Source: Bdellovibrionales bacterium
GTDB lineage: Bacteria > Bdellovibrionota > Bdellovibrionia > Bdellovibrionales > UBA1609
Assembly: GCA_965200875.1 (NCBI GenBank)
Contig: OZ241456.1
Span: 1,241,159-1,305,158, forward strand
Reading direction: 5' to 3'
DNA: 64,000 nucleotides
Position 1 is the first letter of the stretch. Every line of letters starts with the position of its first letter. Made by a program: the position numbers and the translations under genes. This document shows positions 1 through 9,904 of this stretch, one piece after another. A model generated the notes under the pieces. The model saw nothing but the letters and a program-made list of their open reading frames with translations, had not been told where the DNA came from and ran no database searches.

Positions 1-997
1 CAAGTACACGCCCGCAATTCAAAATAGCACTCACCTGAGGAACTCCCACACCAGAAACCACTCTGGTTGTACATATACTCCCAGGACCCATGCCCACTTT
101 AACAATATCCGCACCGGCAGAAGCCAAAGCCATCGCTCCATCTCCTGTGGCCACATTGCCTGCCATGATAACTGTATCTTGGTATTTGTTTTTTAAAAAA
201 GAAATCATATCCATTACATTTTTTGAAAAACCATGAGCCGTATCCACACATAAAAGATCCACTTCTGCTGAAATCAGTTTTTCTGCTCTCTGTTTTTCGT
301 CAGATCCTGCACCTATTCCCGCTCCCACAAACAGACGACCATGCCTATCTTTGGTGGCAAACGGAAAAGCTGTGGCTTTTTCTATATCCTTGATAGTGAT
401 TAAACCTTTTAAAGCTCCCTTATTGTCCGTAACAGGTAGTTTTTCAATACGATGTTTATGTAAAATCTCCTTTGCTTTTTCCAAAGTGGTCCCCTCTCTG
501 GCCGTAATCAGTTTTTCTTTGGAAGTCATAATATGGGAAACAGGCTGATTCAGATTTACTTCAAATCTGAGATCCCGATTAGTTAAAATTCCCTCCAGCT
601 GATTTTTTTTTGTAATGGGAACTCCACTGATAGAATGCTTTTTCATCAATTCCAGAGCTTTATAAACGGACGCTGAAGGAGAAAGAGTAATGGGATCTAA
701 GATCATTCCGCTTTCATACTTTTTCACTTTTTGCACTTCATAGCATTGGCTTTTAATACTCATGTTTTTATGGATCACACCAAATCCGCCGTTTTGCGCC
801 ATCACCTGTGCCATTTTATGCTCAGTAACAGTATCCATAGCGGCAGAAATAACAGGATTATTGAGAACAAGATTTTTTGTAAGACGCGTTTTTGTTGAAA
901 TTTGAGCTGGCAGAACTTCAGAATACCCTGGAAGGATAAGAATATCATCAAAAGTAAGAGCCTCTTGTTGAGCCTGACGGAAAAAGTCCTCTCTCAT
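1..997 (-). CDS. guaB: IMP dehydrogenase, N-terminal ~330 aa (CDS runs out of window at its 3' end)
   Basis: The ORF track misses it because there is no stop in the window. The reverse translation from the ATG at 997 reads [30 protein letters not shown]...[12 protein letters not shown]. Further on it reads [13 protein letters not shown], the catalytic Cys loop. Confidence 0.85.
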   Translation of the reverse strand, partial: MREDFFRQAQQEALTFDDILILPGYSEVLPAQISTKTRLTKNLVLNNPVISAAMDTVTEHKMAQVMAQNGGFGVIHKNMSIKSQCYEVQKVKKYESGMILDPITLSPSASVYKALELMKKHSISGVPITKKNQLEGILTNRDLRFEVNLNQPVSHIMTSKEKLITAREGTTLEKAKEILHKHRIEKLPVTDNKGALKGLITIKDIEKATAFPFATKDRHGRLFVGAGIGAGSDEKQRAEKLISAEVDLLCVDTAHGFSKNVMDMISFLKNKYQDTVIMAGNVATGDGAMALASAGADIVKVGMGPGSICTTRVVSGVGVPQVSAILNCGRVL

Positions 998-1055
998 TAT
1001 CCTTTAGCCTCTTACCAGAAATTAAGTGATATGGAAAGTATTTTTTTAAATGAAA

Positions 1056-1619
1056 TTAGTTAAGATACATGGGTTTTCTCACGGAGCCTTTTTTTAAAGG
1101 CTGTTCCATTTTTTGATCCAGCATATCCATCATAAATTGTTCCGTGCAGTAAAAACGACTGGCAGAATAAATCGCAAAGGGAATAACATCATCAGCATAT
1201 AGATTCATGGAACGAACAACCGGATGACCACTCACAACCACTTGTGTATTAATGTTTCCTTTTTCGCATTTTAAAAAATAGCATTTTTCAATTTTTACCT
1301 TCATGGCATTTAAAAGCTCACCCAGAAAATGAAAAGGCTCCTCCCGGCGCATACTTTGATGAACAAAAATCTGCCCCTGCAAACGGGAAAGCGAAACAGC
1401 AAACCTTTTTGAACCTTCTTTTTCCTTAAAAACCATCAAACAAAGATTGGGAATCATACCTCCCACCAATCCGTGAGGAATGACCTCTACCCATTTGTCT
1501 TTTTCTGTTTGTTCCTGATGGAACTTGGATTTTTCTTTCAAAGCGTCTACTGCTTTTTCCAGAATAGGACCAGATCTATCAACAGGGGTTTTTACCTCTT
1601 TTTTGATTTCTTCTTTCAT
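1056..1619 (-). CDS. hypothetical protein (possibly DUF151/bifunctional-nuclease-like)
   Basis: Long ORF. I prefer the internal ATG at 1619 because it is preceded by AGGAGA, whereas the track start is 1634. The family assignment is only a weak impression. Confidence 0.5.
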   Translation of the reverse strand: MKEEIKKEVKTPVDRSGPILEKAVDALKEKSKFHQEQTEKDKWVEVIPHGLVGGMIPNLCLMVFKEKEGSKRFAVSLSRLQGQIFVHQSMRREEPFHFLGELLNAMKVKIEKCYFLKCEKGNINTQVVVSGHPVVRSMNLYADDVIPFAIYSASRFYCTEQFMMDMLDQKMEQPLKKGSVRKPMYLN

Positions 1620-1695
1620 AACTCTCCTTATCATTAAACAGCTTTTCCAAGTTTAAAACCTATTTTTTGCCTGTCTGCAAATTATATCTTAAAAA

Positions 1696-3111
1696 TTATG
1701 ACAATAATTCTCCATAAAGCACTTGAGGGTAGGTTTTGTGAATTTTCACCGAAACAATTTTTCCTTTTAAGTGCTCAGGGCCGTAAAAGTGCACTACCTT
1801 GTTTTGAGGAGACCTTCCAGTTAAATATCTTGTTTTGTTACACTTTTTCTCCACTAAAACCTCTAAAATCTGTTTTTTATACTCCTTTGACCGGGAAAAA
1901 GCAAATTCAATGTGTTTTTGATTCAGACGGGCAAGTCTTTTGGATTTTTCATTTTCCGGTACCTGATTTTCAAACTTGGCCGCTTTCGTAAAAGGACGAG
2001 GGGAATATTTGAAAGAATAAATCATTTCAAAAGGCACTTCATCCAACAAACTCAAAGTATCCTGAAAGTCCCTTTCAGTTTCTCCGGGAAAACCTACGAT
2101 TAAATCAGTGGAAAGAGCGACCTTTGGCATTCCATTTAAAATCATTTTGGCTTTCTTAATATATTCCTCCCTAGTATAGCCTCGGTTCATTTTTTCCAAA
2201 ATACGCGAATTTCCTGACTGAGCGGGCAAATGTATGGCGGGCATTATTTTTTTTCTGTGAGATTGCATAATATCAATAAGCTCTTCATTAAAATCCTTTG
2301 GATGCGGAGAGGTAAAACGAAGCCTTTTAATATCTGTTTTTTCACATAAAGCCAGTAAAAGCTTGCCAAAATCAGAACCAGAATCGGAACAACGGTATGA
2401 ATTGACATTTTGCCCCAGAAGAGTCACTTCCTTCACTCCTTTTTCCGTCAGATTTTTCACATCTTTACAAATATGAGAGAGAGGTCTGCTTCTTTCTCTG
2501 CCTCGTGTAAATGGCACTACACAAAAAGTGCAGAAATTGTCACAACCCTTCATAATATTTACGAAAGCAGATACCTTAGGATTTCGAATCAGAGTTTGAA
2601 TATGATAAGGTTCAGAGGTTGTAAAGCGAGTTTCCTTTATTTTCTGCTCCCCTTGCTCCATGCGGGACACAATATGAGGTAAATCGTCAATAGCGTCTGG
2701 ACCAAATACAAAATCCACCAGTGGCATTTCCTGTAAAATCTTCTTTTTCTCCTGTTGGGCCACACAACCAGCTACTCCAATTTTCAGAAGAGGTTTTTTT
2801 TTCTTCAAAGCATGATAGCGTCCCACTTCCGATCGCACCTTATGCATCGGCTTTTCACGAACAGAACAGGAATTGATAATAATCATTTGCGCCTGATCCG
2901 GGCTGACAGCAGGTGCATAGTTAATCATTTCCAGAAGAGAATACATTCTTTCTGTGTCATTCACATTCATCTGGCATCCATAAGTGGAAATATAAACATT
3001 TTTTTTCTGAGCAACAAAAGAGCGGTTATCTGGAAATGAATCTGACCTTTTTTCATTAAGGCTAGATGAAAGATTCGTATCTTTTAAAAGGCAACTATCT
3101 AGATTTTTCAT
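1696..3111 (-). CDS. miaB: tRNA-i6A37 methylthiotransferase (radical SAM)
   Basis: 471 aa. N-terminal UPF0004 motif YISTYGCQMN, radical-SAM CxxxCxxC motif (CDNFCTFCVVP) and a C-terminal TRAM-like region. Confidence 0.9.
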   Translation of the reverse strand: MKNLDSCLLKDTNLSSSLNEKRSDSFPDNRSFVAQKKNVYISTYGCQMNVNDTERMYSLLEMINYAPAVSPDQAQMIIINSCSVREKPMHKVRSEVGRYHALKKKKPLLKIGVAGCVAQQEKKKILQEMPLVDFVFGPDAIDDLPHIVSRMEQGEQKIKETRFTTSEPYHIQTLIRNPKVSAFVNIMKGCDNFCTFCVVPFTRGRERSRPLSHICKDVKNLTEKGVKEVTLLGQNVNSYRCSDSGSDFGKLLLALCEKTDIKRLRFTSPHPKDFNEELIDIMQSHRKKIMPAIHLPAQSGNSRILEKMNRGYTREEYIKKAKMILNGMPKVALSTDLIVGFPGETERDFQDTLSLLDEVPFEMIYSFKYSPRPFTKAAKFENQVPENEKSKRLARLNQKHIEFAFSRSKEYKKQILEVLVEKKCNKTRYLTGRSPQNKVVHFYGPEHLKGKIVSVKIHKTYPQVLYGELLS

Positions 3112-3126
3112 TTTTTTCCTTCTTTT

Positions 3127-3744
3127 TTAAAAATCATCCAATTTGGCACTGAAAATAGACTCATCTTTTTCCACAAAAATATTCATTTCTCTGGTAACCA
3201 GTTCAAAATTTTTTTCGGTTTTTAGATCTTTTAACATACAGTGTAAAGCTTCTGCTCCAAAAAGATGAATCAATTGTTGAATGGTATTGGACAAATGATT
3301 TTCTTTCAACAACTTTTTCTTTTTCCTGAGATATTGCCAGAAAGCCAAATAATGATATCTGCAATATATATCCGTTACCGCAAGCTGGTCACAGTTTTCT
3401 TCATTACAGTAACGATTGCCTTCCACATCTGTAAAGATTTCTTCTTGATTTTTTTGGTTTAAGTTTTCCAATTCTTTTTTTAATTCCAGTATTTTTCGTT
3501 TTTCTGCAGTTTGCGGAATTAATTTTTTTTCTGTTTTTTTTGCAGGAATTTTTTTTAGTGCCAAAGAATTTTTCTGTTTTTGACCATCCTGCTTAATTGT
3601 CAATTCTCCTGTGACTTTGGTAGAGGTTTTGACAGATTTAACAGGCTTTTCAGACTTAGAGGATTGACCAGCTTTGGAAATATTTTTTAATTTTTTTGTT
3701 CCCGTGTCTGCACGCACCATTTTTTTCTTTTTTTTGACTGTCAT
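3127..3744 (-). CDS. Lys-rich hypothetical protein with a Cys/His cluster
   Basis: ORF with a likely start at MTVKKKKKM (ATG 3744, GGAGA upstream). It contains CNEENCDQLAVTDIYCRYHY. The track's longer N-terminus overlaps the repeat element. Confidence 0.55.
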   Translation of the reverse strand: MTVKKKKKMVRADTGTKKLKNISKAGQSSKSEKPVKSVKTSTKVTGELTIKQDGQKQKNSLALKKIPAKKTEKKLIPQTAEKRKILELKKELENLNQKNQEEIFTDVEGNRYCNEENCDQLAVTDIYCRYHYLAFWQYLRKKKKLLKENHLSNTIQQLIHLFGAEALHCMLKDLKTEKNFELVTREMNIFVEKDESIFSAKLDDF

Positions 3745-3827
3745 AGTTATTCTCCATTTTCTTTGAATAATGCACTCAAAGTTCACTACACTGTCCAGTG
3801 GTCCGGGATAAAGCTGATAACACATTA

Positions 3828-3904
3828 TTATCACTTGATTTTTTTATAATTTATTTGGAAAATAATTGCAAGGTTTTACAATCAAACCTTTTGTTTTCTT
3901 GCAA
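3828..3904 (+). repeat. conserved ~75-bp intergenic element, copy 1 (TTATCACTTGAT...AATTGCAAGGTTTTACAA + hairpin)
   Basis: Near-identical to 62898-62968, similar to the reverse complement of 16005-16078, and its 5' part matches 31550-31574. Confidence 0.7.
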
Positions 3905-3966
3905 CATTTGTCAGTAAAAAAGCTTCTTTACCAATACTCGACCTTGAGGCGAGACAGAAAAGTGAG

Positions 3967-4983
3967 TCAGTAAATTTTAATAGAACCGGAATGGCTTTTC
4001 AAGGACACATTTCCTTTTCTTTTTCCACCCCGCATTTGGCCTTTCGCGCGATCCATGCCACCAGTTTTAATACGATTAAAATACACTGGTGTAAAAAGTT
4101 TTCCTTCCCATGTTTCCGCAGTAACCCAAGCTTTTGAATGAGGAATATTTAAGTGAATTTTCCCAAAATCCGTTTCAATATTCACTTCATTAGGATATAT
4201 AAGCCCTCTCACCTCTCCTTCTCTGGAATAACCAAAAACAGAACCAATCATGGGTTTTAAATAGATTCCCCCTTTTTCCTGCTGAAAATTCAGCCGACCA
4301 GTGAAGTGATTTAAAACAAGAGGAGCACGAAAGGACCTCACAGATAAATGTCCCTTTGATTTGCCAATGACCATTTGACCTTTAAAACTATTTAAATTCA
4401 TTTCTTGGCCGGTACAGGATTCCAATGTAACATGAGAATTTTCTGCCTGCACTGTTATATTCCCTTTGTGGGAGGTAACTTTTATGTTTCCCGCGCCTTG
4501 GAAAACATTTAAATTACCATCTGTATTTTGTACATGAATGAAACCTCTACCCGGCATGAACACAGACAAATTTGTTTTTCGAAATTGATTTATTGCCACT
4601 TTTCCTGCAAAAACAGCTATTTCCACTGAAAGATATGCTGGCACCTGTATAGTCATTACAGGAGCTTTGCCGGAAACATTCCATGTTATTTTTTCATCAG
4701 GAAAATCCTTTTCAGAGATAACTAAAGTTTCTGATTCTTCTCTCATGTCCAAAGATGCGTTATAATGTGTTTCTATTTCTCTCTTTTTTTTCTTACTCTT
4801 TCGCTGAAACAAGCGAATATGCGCATAATGTGCTTGCACTCTGATATTGGTAATCTTGGCCGGTAATTTATATTTACGGGTAATAGTGCCCCTTTTCCTC
4901 GCAGAAGCATTAGGAACAAGAAAATCTGATATATTAAGAGCAATCATTAAAAAAAAACAGAAAACCATGATGCAAAATAACAA
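3967..4983 (-). CDS. secreted/membrane-anchored beta-rich protein (DUF4097-like putative adhesin)
   Basis: Hydrophobic N-terminus, then repetitive G-x-I/V-x-V beta-strand-like segments ending in SLKSHSGSIKIY. The family call is tentative. Confidence 0.45.
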   Translation of the reverse strand: MLFCIMVFCFFLMIALNISDFLVPNASARKRGTITRKYKLPAKITNIRVQAHYAHIRLFQRKSKKKKREIETHYNASLDMREESETLVISEKDFPDEKITWNVSGKAPVMTIQVPAYLSVEIAVFAGKVAINQFRKTNLSVFMPGRGFIHVQNTDGNLNVFQGAGNIKVTSHKGNITVQAENSHVTLESCTGQEMNLNSFKGQMVIGKSKGHLSVRSFRAPLVLNHFTGRLNFQQEKGGIYLKPMIGSVFGYSREGEVRGLIYPNEVNIETDFGKIHLNIPHSKAWVTAETWEGKLFTPVYFNRIKTGGMDRAKGQMRGGKRKGNVSLKSHSGSIKIY

Positions 4984-4992
4984 AGGATTTAT

Positions 4993-5214
4993 TTAATTAA
5001 CAGCTTTTTTAAGAGAGTGTGTCATAATTAGCTGATCAAGTTTTGACTCTATCTTATCCATACGGTTTTCCATACGCTTTTCCATACGCGCTTGATTGTC
5101 CTTTACTGGTTGTATTTGCCAATTCATTATTACTGATTGCCCGGTAAATAAAGCCACCAAGCAAATAATCACAGTCGCTAAAGGCATTAAATTTTTTAAT
5201 ATTTCCATACTCAC
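4993..5214 (-). CDS. small membrane-anchored coiled-coil protein
   Basis: 73 aa with one TM segment (LMPLATVIICLVALF) and an RMEKRMENRMDKIESKLDQL tail. A degraded paralogous fragment lies at 11575-11700. Confidence 0.5.
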   Translation of the reverse strand: MSMEILKNLMPLATVIICLVALFTGQSVIMNWQIQPVKDNQARMEKRMENRMDKIESKLDQLIMTHSLKKAVN

Positions 5215-5452
5215 ATTATATCACAGTTCTTTTCCTGTTTCAAAAATAACCAAGAACCTTGATACCCATTTTGTCTTTAGTGTCTGAACTTTACACAGCT
5301 CTTTGTTTCACTTTGAAACACTTTTCATCACCAATCTCTAAACACTTATCAATCAAATATAAAAATATACAACTATTTCAATCACTTGTAAAAACCTCTC
5401 CCCTTTTCTTGCACTTTATTTATACATAAACCAAAAAACAAAGGAGAAAAAA

Positions 5453-6163
5453 ATGAACTTAATAAATTGCCCAAACTGTGGAAACAAAATCAAAAAAACC
5501 GGAAACACTTTGCACTGTCAGTGTGGATGGCATAAATCCCTCAACCAAACAAAAGAAAGACAAATCCAAAATAAGATCGCAAAAAACATCTTTATCGCTG
5601 GACTCACTTTGATGGGTTTTGTGGTTTATGTTGGAAACTGGGGATCCGCTTCCCTGACCATTATGCCTCTTAAAGCCAGACAATGGACAGGAACACTCAA
5701 TGAAAAGTCTTTTAAAAAACTGACTTCTCTTTGTCTTCAGCTTAAAAAATACAACTGCACGGAAAACGCGCACAGATCTTTTTTTCGCTCTTCAAACGAT
5801 ATGAAAATACTTGCAAAACTCGGAGAATTTCAATACCGCAGAAACAGACTGGAATCAGCCAGCAAAACTTACAAAGAGTATTTTACTAAAAAAGGTTCCA
5901 GTGTAAAGGCCGCTTACAATTACGCCCGTATTCTGGAAAAACAAGGACAAGTAGAATTTGCTCTTTCTTACTACAAATATGCTTTAAACGCCCGCCCAAA
6001 CACTGTGCAGATTACTGTTATGCGTGCTTACATTAATCTATTGGTGAAATCCGGCCAAGTGAATAAAGCCAGAAAGGAATTAGTAAAATTTAAACCTATC
6101 CTGAAAAGATCTGGTTCTTTGGTTCAGCAAGAGTACGAACGGTGGCAAAAACAAACCATTTAA
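5453..6163 (+). CDS. zinc-ribbon / TM / TPR-repeat protein
   Basis: Strong SD (AAAGGAG) upstream. N-terminal CPNCG...CQCG, a TM segment, and a TPR-like C-terminal half. Confidence 0.6.
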   Translation: MNLINCPNCGNKIKKTGNTLHCQCGWHKSLNQTKERQIQNKIAKNIFIAGLTLMGFVVYVGNWGSASLTIMPLKARQWTGTLNEKSFKKLTSLCLQLKKYNCTENAHRSFFRSSNDMKILAKLGEFQYRRNRLESASKTYKEYFTKKGSSVKAAYNYARILEKQGQVEFALSYYKYALNARPNTVQITVMRAYINLLVKSGQVNKARKELVKFKPILKRSGSLVQQEYERWQKQTI

Positions 6164-6212
6164 TCGGTCGCTCTTAACAACTTAAAACCTACCACTCAAC
6201 AACAACACCATT

Positions 6213-6245
6213 AAGCCTCTTCCCAAAAAGAAGAGGCTTTTTTAT
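6213..6245 (+). terminator. Rho-independent terminator after 5453-6163
   Basis: Perfect 10-bp stem aagcctcttc/gaagaggctt with a 7-nt loop, followed by a T-run. Confidence 0.75.
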
Positions 6246-6418
6246 TTGATTCCCTCTGATAGATTTTCATTCTCAGTGATATATAACCAACCCCCGGTTG
6301 CTTATGATTCCCTTAAAACGAAAAAGCCCGTCTGAGATTAAAACAGGCTTCTTCTAACCAAAGAAAGTTATGAAAATTATAATGTAGAAGATTATCTGCC
6401 TCCTAGGCAGTAAAGTTT

Positions 6419-6545
6419 TTATTCATTTATTATGTTTTCTGAAGGATCGTCTTCAACAACAACAAAATACCTTACACCTAGTGAGTATAAAAAATACGCT
6501 ACTAACCGATCAACTTTCGCACTGTAAAAATCCGCCCATCTAATA
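6419..6545 (-). pseudogene. C-terminal remnant of a pentapeptide-repeat family gene, truncated by a MITE
   Basis: The translation ...ADFYSAKVDRLVAYFLYSLGVRYFVVVEDDPSE matches the family C-terminal cassette (AKVDP..YLTSQG.SGFVVVE). The same downstream terminator repeat follows as after 9905-10819. The MITE copy starts at 6556. Confidence 0.55.
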
Positions 6546-6555
6546 CTCCATTTAC

Positions 6556-6700
6556 TTAGTGGTCCGTGAAAAAGTATGTTATTTTCCTGGATTCCCATTT
6601 TCACGGGACTGAAAGCCAACAACTTGGCTTTCAGTTTCCTTGGGAAAGTACCTGAAAAAAGAGTGTGATAATTAAAGCACTATGGGTTTTTCACAGCGGG
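6556..6700. mobile_element. MITE-like element copy A (~145 bp, with an extra internal hairpin)
   Basis: Terminal inverted repeats GGTCCGTGAAAAAGTATGTT ... TTTTTCACAGCGG. It is the reverse complement of copy F (60810-60934), with an inserted hairpin ctgaaagccaacaacttggctttcag. Confidence 0.75.
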
Positions 6701-6813
6701 TTATCTATTGTGCCAGTTAAAAAATCAAACTCATTTATAAAAAATCCCTGTTCATTATTCAGAAACTATGGTGTAAAAATGTGAAACAACATAACAAAGA
6801 GGAGGGTAACCTT

Positions 6814-7896
6814 ATGACAAAACAACCAGTCAAAGTTCAAAAAAAATTATTGAAAAAATCAAAGGCGAAAAAAATAATAGCAGTGTCGGCAGGTAAGACT
6901 TTGGATAATCTGCACGATAGATTCTTTAAAAGATTTTTTTCAGAAATTGCATTTGCCAAAGAGATCTTTAAACTGGTCTTATCTCCAGAAGAATTTTCAG
7001 CCTGCGACTGGGATACTTTAAAAGTGGAAAAAGACAGTTTAAAAGATAAAATGGCAGACTTGGTTTTTACAGTCGCTCTTAAAGACAACCCTTCTGCCAA
7101 GTTTCAGTTCTGTATCCTTCTGGAACACAAGTCCTCTTACAATAAAAACCTCTTCCGGCAGGTTTTATCCTATCAGACTCTTCTCTATGAACGGAAGTCA
7201 GACAACATTATAGCTGTTATTCCCATTGTGTTTTATCATGGAAAAAAGCCTTGGAGCTGGCCTATTTCTTTTCAGGAAGCCATTTTTGGACTGTTTTTTA
7301 ATAAAATTCCTGTTTCCTTTCGTAAAAGTATGTTAGATTACAAGTTGAAATTGCTGGACACCCATGATCCACAAGTTCAAAAAGCTTTAAAGGATCCAAA
7401 CATTCAAAGCCGTGGAGCATTAGCATTGTTAAGCAAGATATGGTTTTTAAAGAAGAGTGTGCCGGAGTTGTTGGAGTTTGTGTCTGCGTTTTCAGGTTTT
7501 TCGGGAAAGCGAGAGGATTTGATATTAAGTGCAGTGGATTATTTGAAGTCAGCGGGTGGAGTGAGTGTTGAATTATGGAAAAGAGTTGAGCATTTGGCAA
7601 TAGAAAGAAGTTTATTAAAAAGAGGAGGTTATATGGACATAAGAGAAGAGATTAAATTAGTGGGCATACAAGAAGGCATGCAAAAAGGTCTAAGAGAAGG
7701 AATACAAAAAGGCCGACAGGAAGGTCGTCAGGAAGGTCGTCAGGAAGGTTTACAAGAGGGTATGCAAGAAGGCATGCAGAAAGGTCGTCAGGAAGTGGTA
7801 CTTAATATGTTACAAAGTAATTTTAAGTTTTCCGTTATTTCTGAGATGACAGGGCTTTCTGAAGAGGAGATCAAAAAGCTGAAAAACAATTCTTGA
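6814..7896 (+). CDS. Rpn-family recombination-promoting nuclease / PD-(D/E)xK putative transposase (YhgA-like)
   Basis: HDRFFKRFF..., ADLVF...ILLEHKSS core, and a C-terminal QEG(R/M/L) 4-aa repeat tract typical of the family. ATG 6814 follows GGAGGG. Confidence 0.7.
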   Translation: MTKQPVKVQKKLLKKSKAKKIIAVSAGKTLDNLHDRFFKRFFSEIAFAKEIFKLVLSPEEFSACDWDTLKVEKDSLKDKMADLVFTVALKDNPSAKFQFCILLEHKSSYNKNLFRQVLSYQTLLYERKSDNIIAVIPIVFYHGKKPWSWPISFQEAIFGLFFNKIPVSFRKSMLDYKLKLLDTHDPQVQKALKDPNIQSRGALALLSKIWFLKKSVPELLEFVSAFSGFSGKREDLILSAVDYLKSAGGVSVELWKRVEHLAIERSLLKRGGYMDIREEIKLVGIQEGMQKGLREGIQKGRQEGRQEGRQEGLQEGMQEGMQKGRQEVVLNMLQSNFKFSVISEMTGLSEEEIKKLKNNS

Positions 7897-7955
7897 TTTT
7901 AATATTTCATCCTTCTGAGTTCGTCCTCCGTGAACAAACTGTTACAACACTGTGA

Positions 7956-8324
7956 TTACTTGATTTTTTTTATAAAAGATTTGGAGTTCTGTTCTCTTTG
8001 TTTTGTTATAGCCTCACGCTGTTTTGCTGATTCCTCAAGCCAATTCGCCCGTTTCAAATTCGCCAATAACAAATCTGCACCGGTAAAATTCGACCCTCGA
8101 AGATATGCACCTCTCAAATTCGAAAAGTAAAAAGTCGCACCACTAAAATTCGCTTCTGCTAAAAATAACTTGCTCAAATCCACACCTGATAAACTACAAT
8201 TAGTCCGGCCAAGCTTATTTATATACTGTCTAAAATTATTAATATTACAGGTAGACTCAGCCTCATTTTGGCCATAGCTCAAAGCACCTAAGCTTAAAAA
8301 AAGTAAAGCAATTATTAATCTCAT
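7956..8324 (-). CDS. secreted pentapeptide-repeat protein (short, divergent C-terminus)
   Basis: Signal peptide MRLIIALLFLSLGALSYGQNEAESTCNINNF shared with 8976-9575, followed by A(D/N)LxG-type pentapeptide repeats. Confidence 0.65.
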   Translation of the reverse strand: MRLIIALLFLSLGALSYGQNEAESTCNINNFRQYINKLGRTNCSLSGVDLSKLFLAEANFSGATFYFSNLRGAYLRGSNFTGADLLLANLKRANWLEESAKQREAITKQREQNSKSFIKKIK

Positions 8325-8748
8325 TAGTTACCTTCCTCATTTTCAAAAACAACAAAACCACTTACACCTTGTGAGGTTAAATAAGCACCCAAATCCGGAT
8401 CAACTTTCGCATTGGTAAAATTCGCACTACGCAAATCCGCCCCAGTAAAAATCGCATTGCGCAAATTCGCACTACGCAAATTCGCTCTGTACAAATTCGC
8501 CCCGGTCAAATTCGCCCCGGTCAAATTCGTCGCCCACAAACCCGCATTACGCAAATTCGCACTACGCAAATCCGCATTACGCAAATTCGCTCTGTACAAA
8601 TTCACTCTTTGCAAATCCGCACCTTGCAAATTCGCATAGCTCAAATTCATTCTGAACAAAAATGCCCCTTCCAAATCGCACTGATGATTTCCTAGCATAT
8701 AGATATAGTCGCGATAATTATTAATATTACAGGTAGACTCAGCCTCAT
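8324..8748 (-). pseudogene. pentapeptide-repeat family gene that has lost its signal-peptide region
   Basis: Family homology (NEAESTCNINNYRDYIY) continues upstream of the track's Met at 8698. It stops at 8748/8749, where a 189-bp duplicated segment begins. The C-terminal cassette AKVDPDLGAYLTSQGVSGFVVFE is intact. Confidence 0.5.
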
Positions 8749-8937
8749 TGACTTGTTTTCTGGGTGGAAGTCAGATCAAATGGTTACAGGGTAAAAGCAT
8801 ATATATTTGACTTTATGGCCTATTTTATTCACCATTCAGGGAGTTATGGAAAGTAATTTAACAAAACAACAGATCAATCACCTAACAGAAAGTGGCTTTA
8901 CAGTCGAACAGGCAGAGGCTATTGTTCGAACCATAGA
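8749..8937 (+). repeat. 189-bp segmental duplicate of 11034-11224 (carries the 5' end of a DUF1640-like gene, truncated copy ATG 8846)
   Basis: Near-identical DNA, tgacttgttttctgggtggaagtcagatcaaatgg...gttcgaaccataga, is present at both loci. Confidence 0.85.
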
Positions 8938-8975
8938 CAGGCTCTTCGTAAACCAAAAAGAGAGTTGTAGACATT

Positions 8976-9575
8976 CTACTGCATATTTGAGATAGCAGGA
9001 GCTTCTTCAACAACAACAAAACCACTTATACCTTGTGAGGTTAAATAAGTCGCCAAGGCCGGATCAACTTTCGCAGAGGTTAAAATTACCCCAGTCAAAT
9101 CCGCCCCGGTCAGATTCGTATTACTCAAATCCGCCCCAGTCATATTCGCATTGACCAAATTCGCCTCGTACAAATTCGCACCTCGCAAACTCGCATTGAC
9201 CAAATACGCCACAGACAAATCCGCCATAGACAAATCCGCCATAGACAAAATTGCCCTTTCCAAATTCGCCCCGAACAAATTCGCCCCGGTCAGATTCGTA
9301 TTACTCAAATCCGCCCCAGTCAAATCCGCACTAAATAAATGTGCCACGGTCAAATTTGCATTACGCAAATTCGCATCGATCAAATTCGCATGACTCAAAA
9401 TTGCATAAGACATATTCTCCTCTATCAAATCCGCTCCGCGCAAATCGCATTTATAATTTCCGGGAGTATAGATATAATCTCGATAATTATTAATATTACA
9501 GGTAGACTCAGACTCATTCTGTCCATAGCTCAAAGCACCTAAGCTTAAAAATAGTAAAGTAATTATTATTTTCAT
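8976..9575 (-). CDS. secreted pentapeptide-repeat protein
   Basis: 199 aa with a signal peptide, CNINNYRDYI...C, about 25 pentapeptide repeats, and the C-terminal AKVDPALATYLTSQGISGFVVVEE. Confidence 0.75.
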   Translation of the reverse strand: MKIIITLLFLSLGALSYGQNESESTCNINNYRDYIYTPGNYKCDLRGADLIEENMSYAILSHANLIDANLRNANLTVAHLFSADLTGADLSNTNLTGANLFGANLERAILSMADLSMADLSVAYLVNASLRGANLYEANLVNANMTGADLSNTNLTGADLTGVILTSAKVDPALATYLTSQGISGFVVVEEAPAISNMQ

Positions 9576-9832
9576 TAGTAACCTCCTTGTTTGGGTTTAT
9601 TTGCATAATACAGGTGTTTATGAAAAACACTTAATAAAAAAACAAGTCCGGGTAATATTTACACGAAAAAATAACTGGAATCATAAAGACATGGGGGACA
9701 ATGTCCATCGCTTGGGTGGATGACCATTTTTTCTGGGATTTCAGTTTTTCGCTCTAAGCACTTGAAATAACAAAGCTTTTCACCATCAGAAACTCGATTT
9801 TTCTTATCAAAAAAGAAGCTGGCCAATATTTC

Positions 9833-9870
9833 TAAAAACGAAAAAGCCCGTCTGAGATAGACAGGCTCTT
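9833..9870 (-). terminator. Rho-independent terminator of 9905-10819 (part of a ~65-bp repeat shared with 6318-6385)
   Basis: The minus strand reads agagcctgtct-atc-tcagacgggct, followed by tttttcgttttt. Confidence 0.65.
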
Positions 9871-9904
9871 TCTAAACAAAGGAAGTTATGAAAATTAAGA
9901 GAAT

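Noticed and set aside
3826-3850. Reading TTGATT...TATAAT within the dispersed element as a standard sigma70 promoter.
   Set aside because: The two hexamers are only about 4 nt apart, and sequences 17 nt upstream of the TATAAT are not conserved between copies. I report the element only as a repeat of unknown function.
8412-8639. Plus-strand ORFs with striking KFALRKFAL periodicity (also 9151-9393 and 10074-10274).
   Set aside because: They are antisense read-throughs of the 15-nt periodic pentapeptide-repeat coding sequence on the minus strand. They have no start context, and the minus-strand proteins have signal peptides and conserved termini.
8400-8640. Regular short DNA periodicity (caaattcgc...) that could suggest a CRISPR array or satellite.
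   Set aside because: The period is 15 nt with no spacer/repeat alternation. It is fully explained by pentapeptide-repeat codons, and no cas genes are present in the window.
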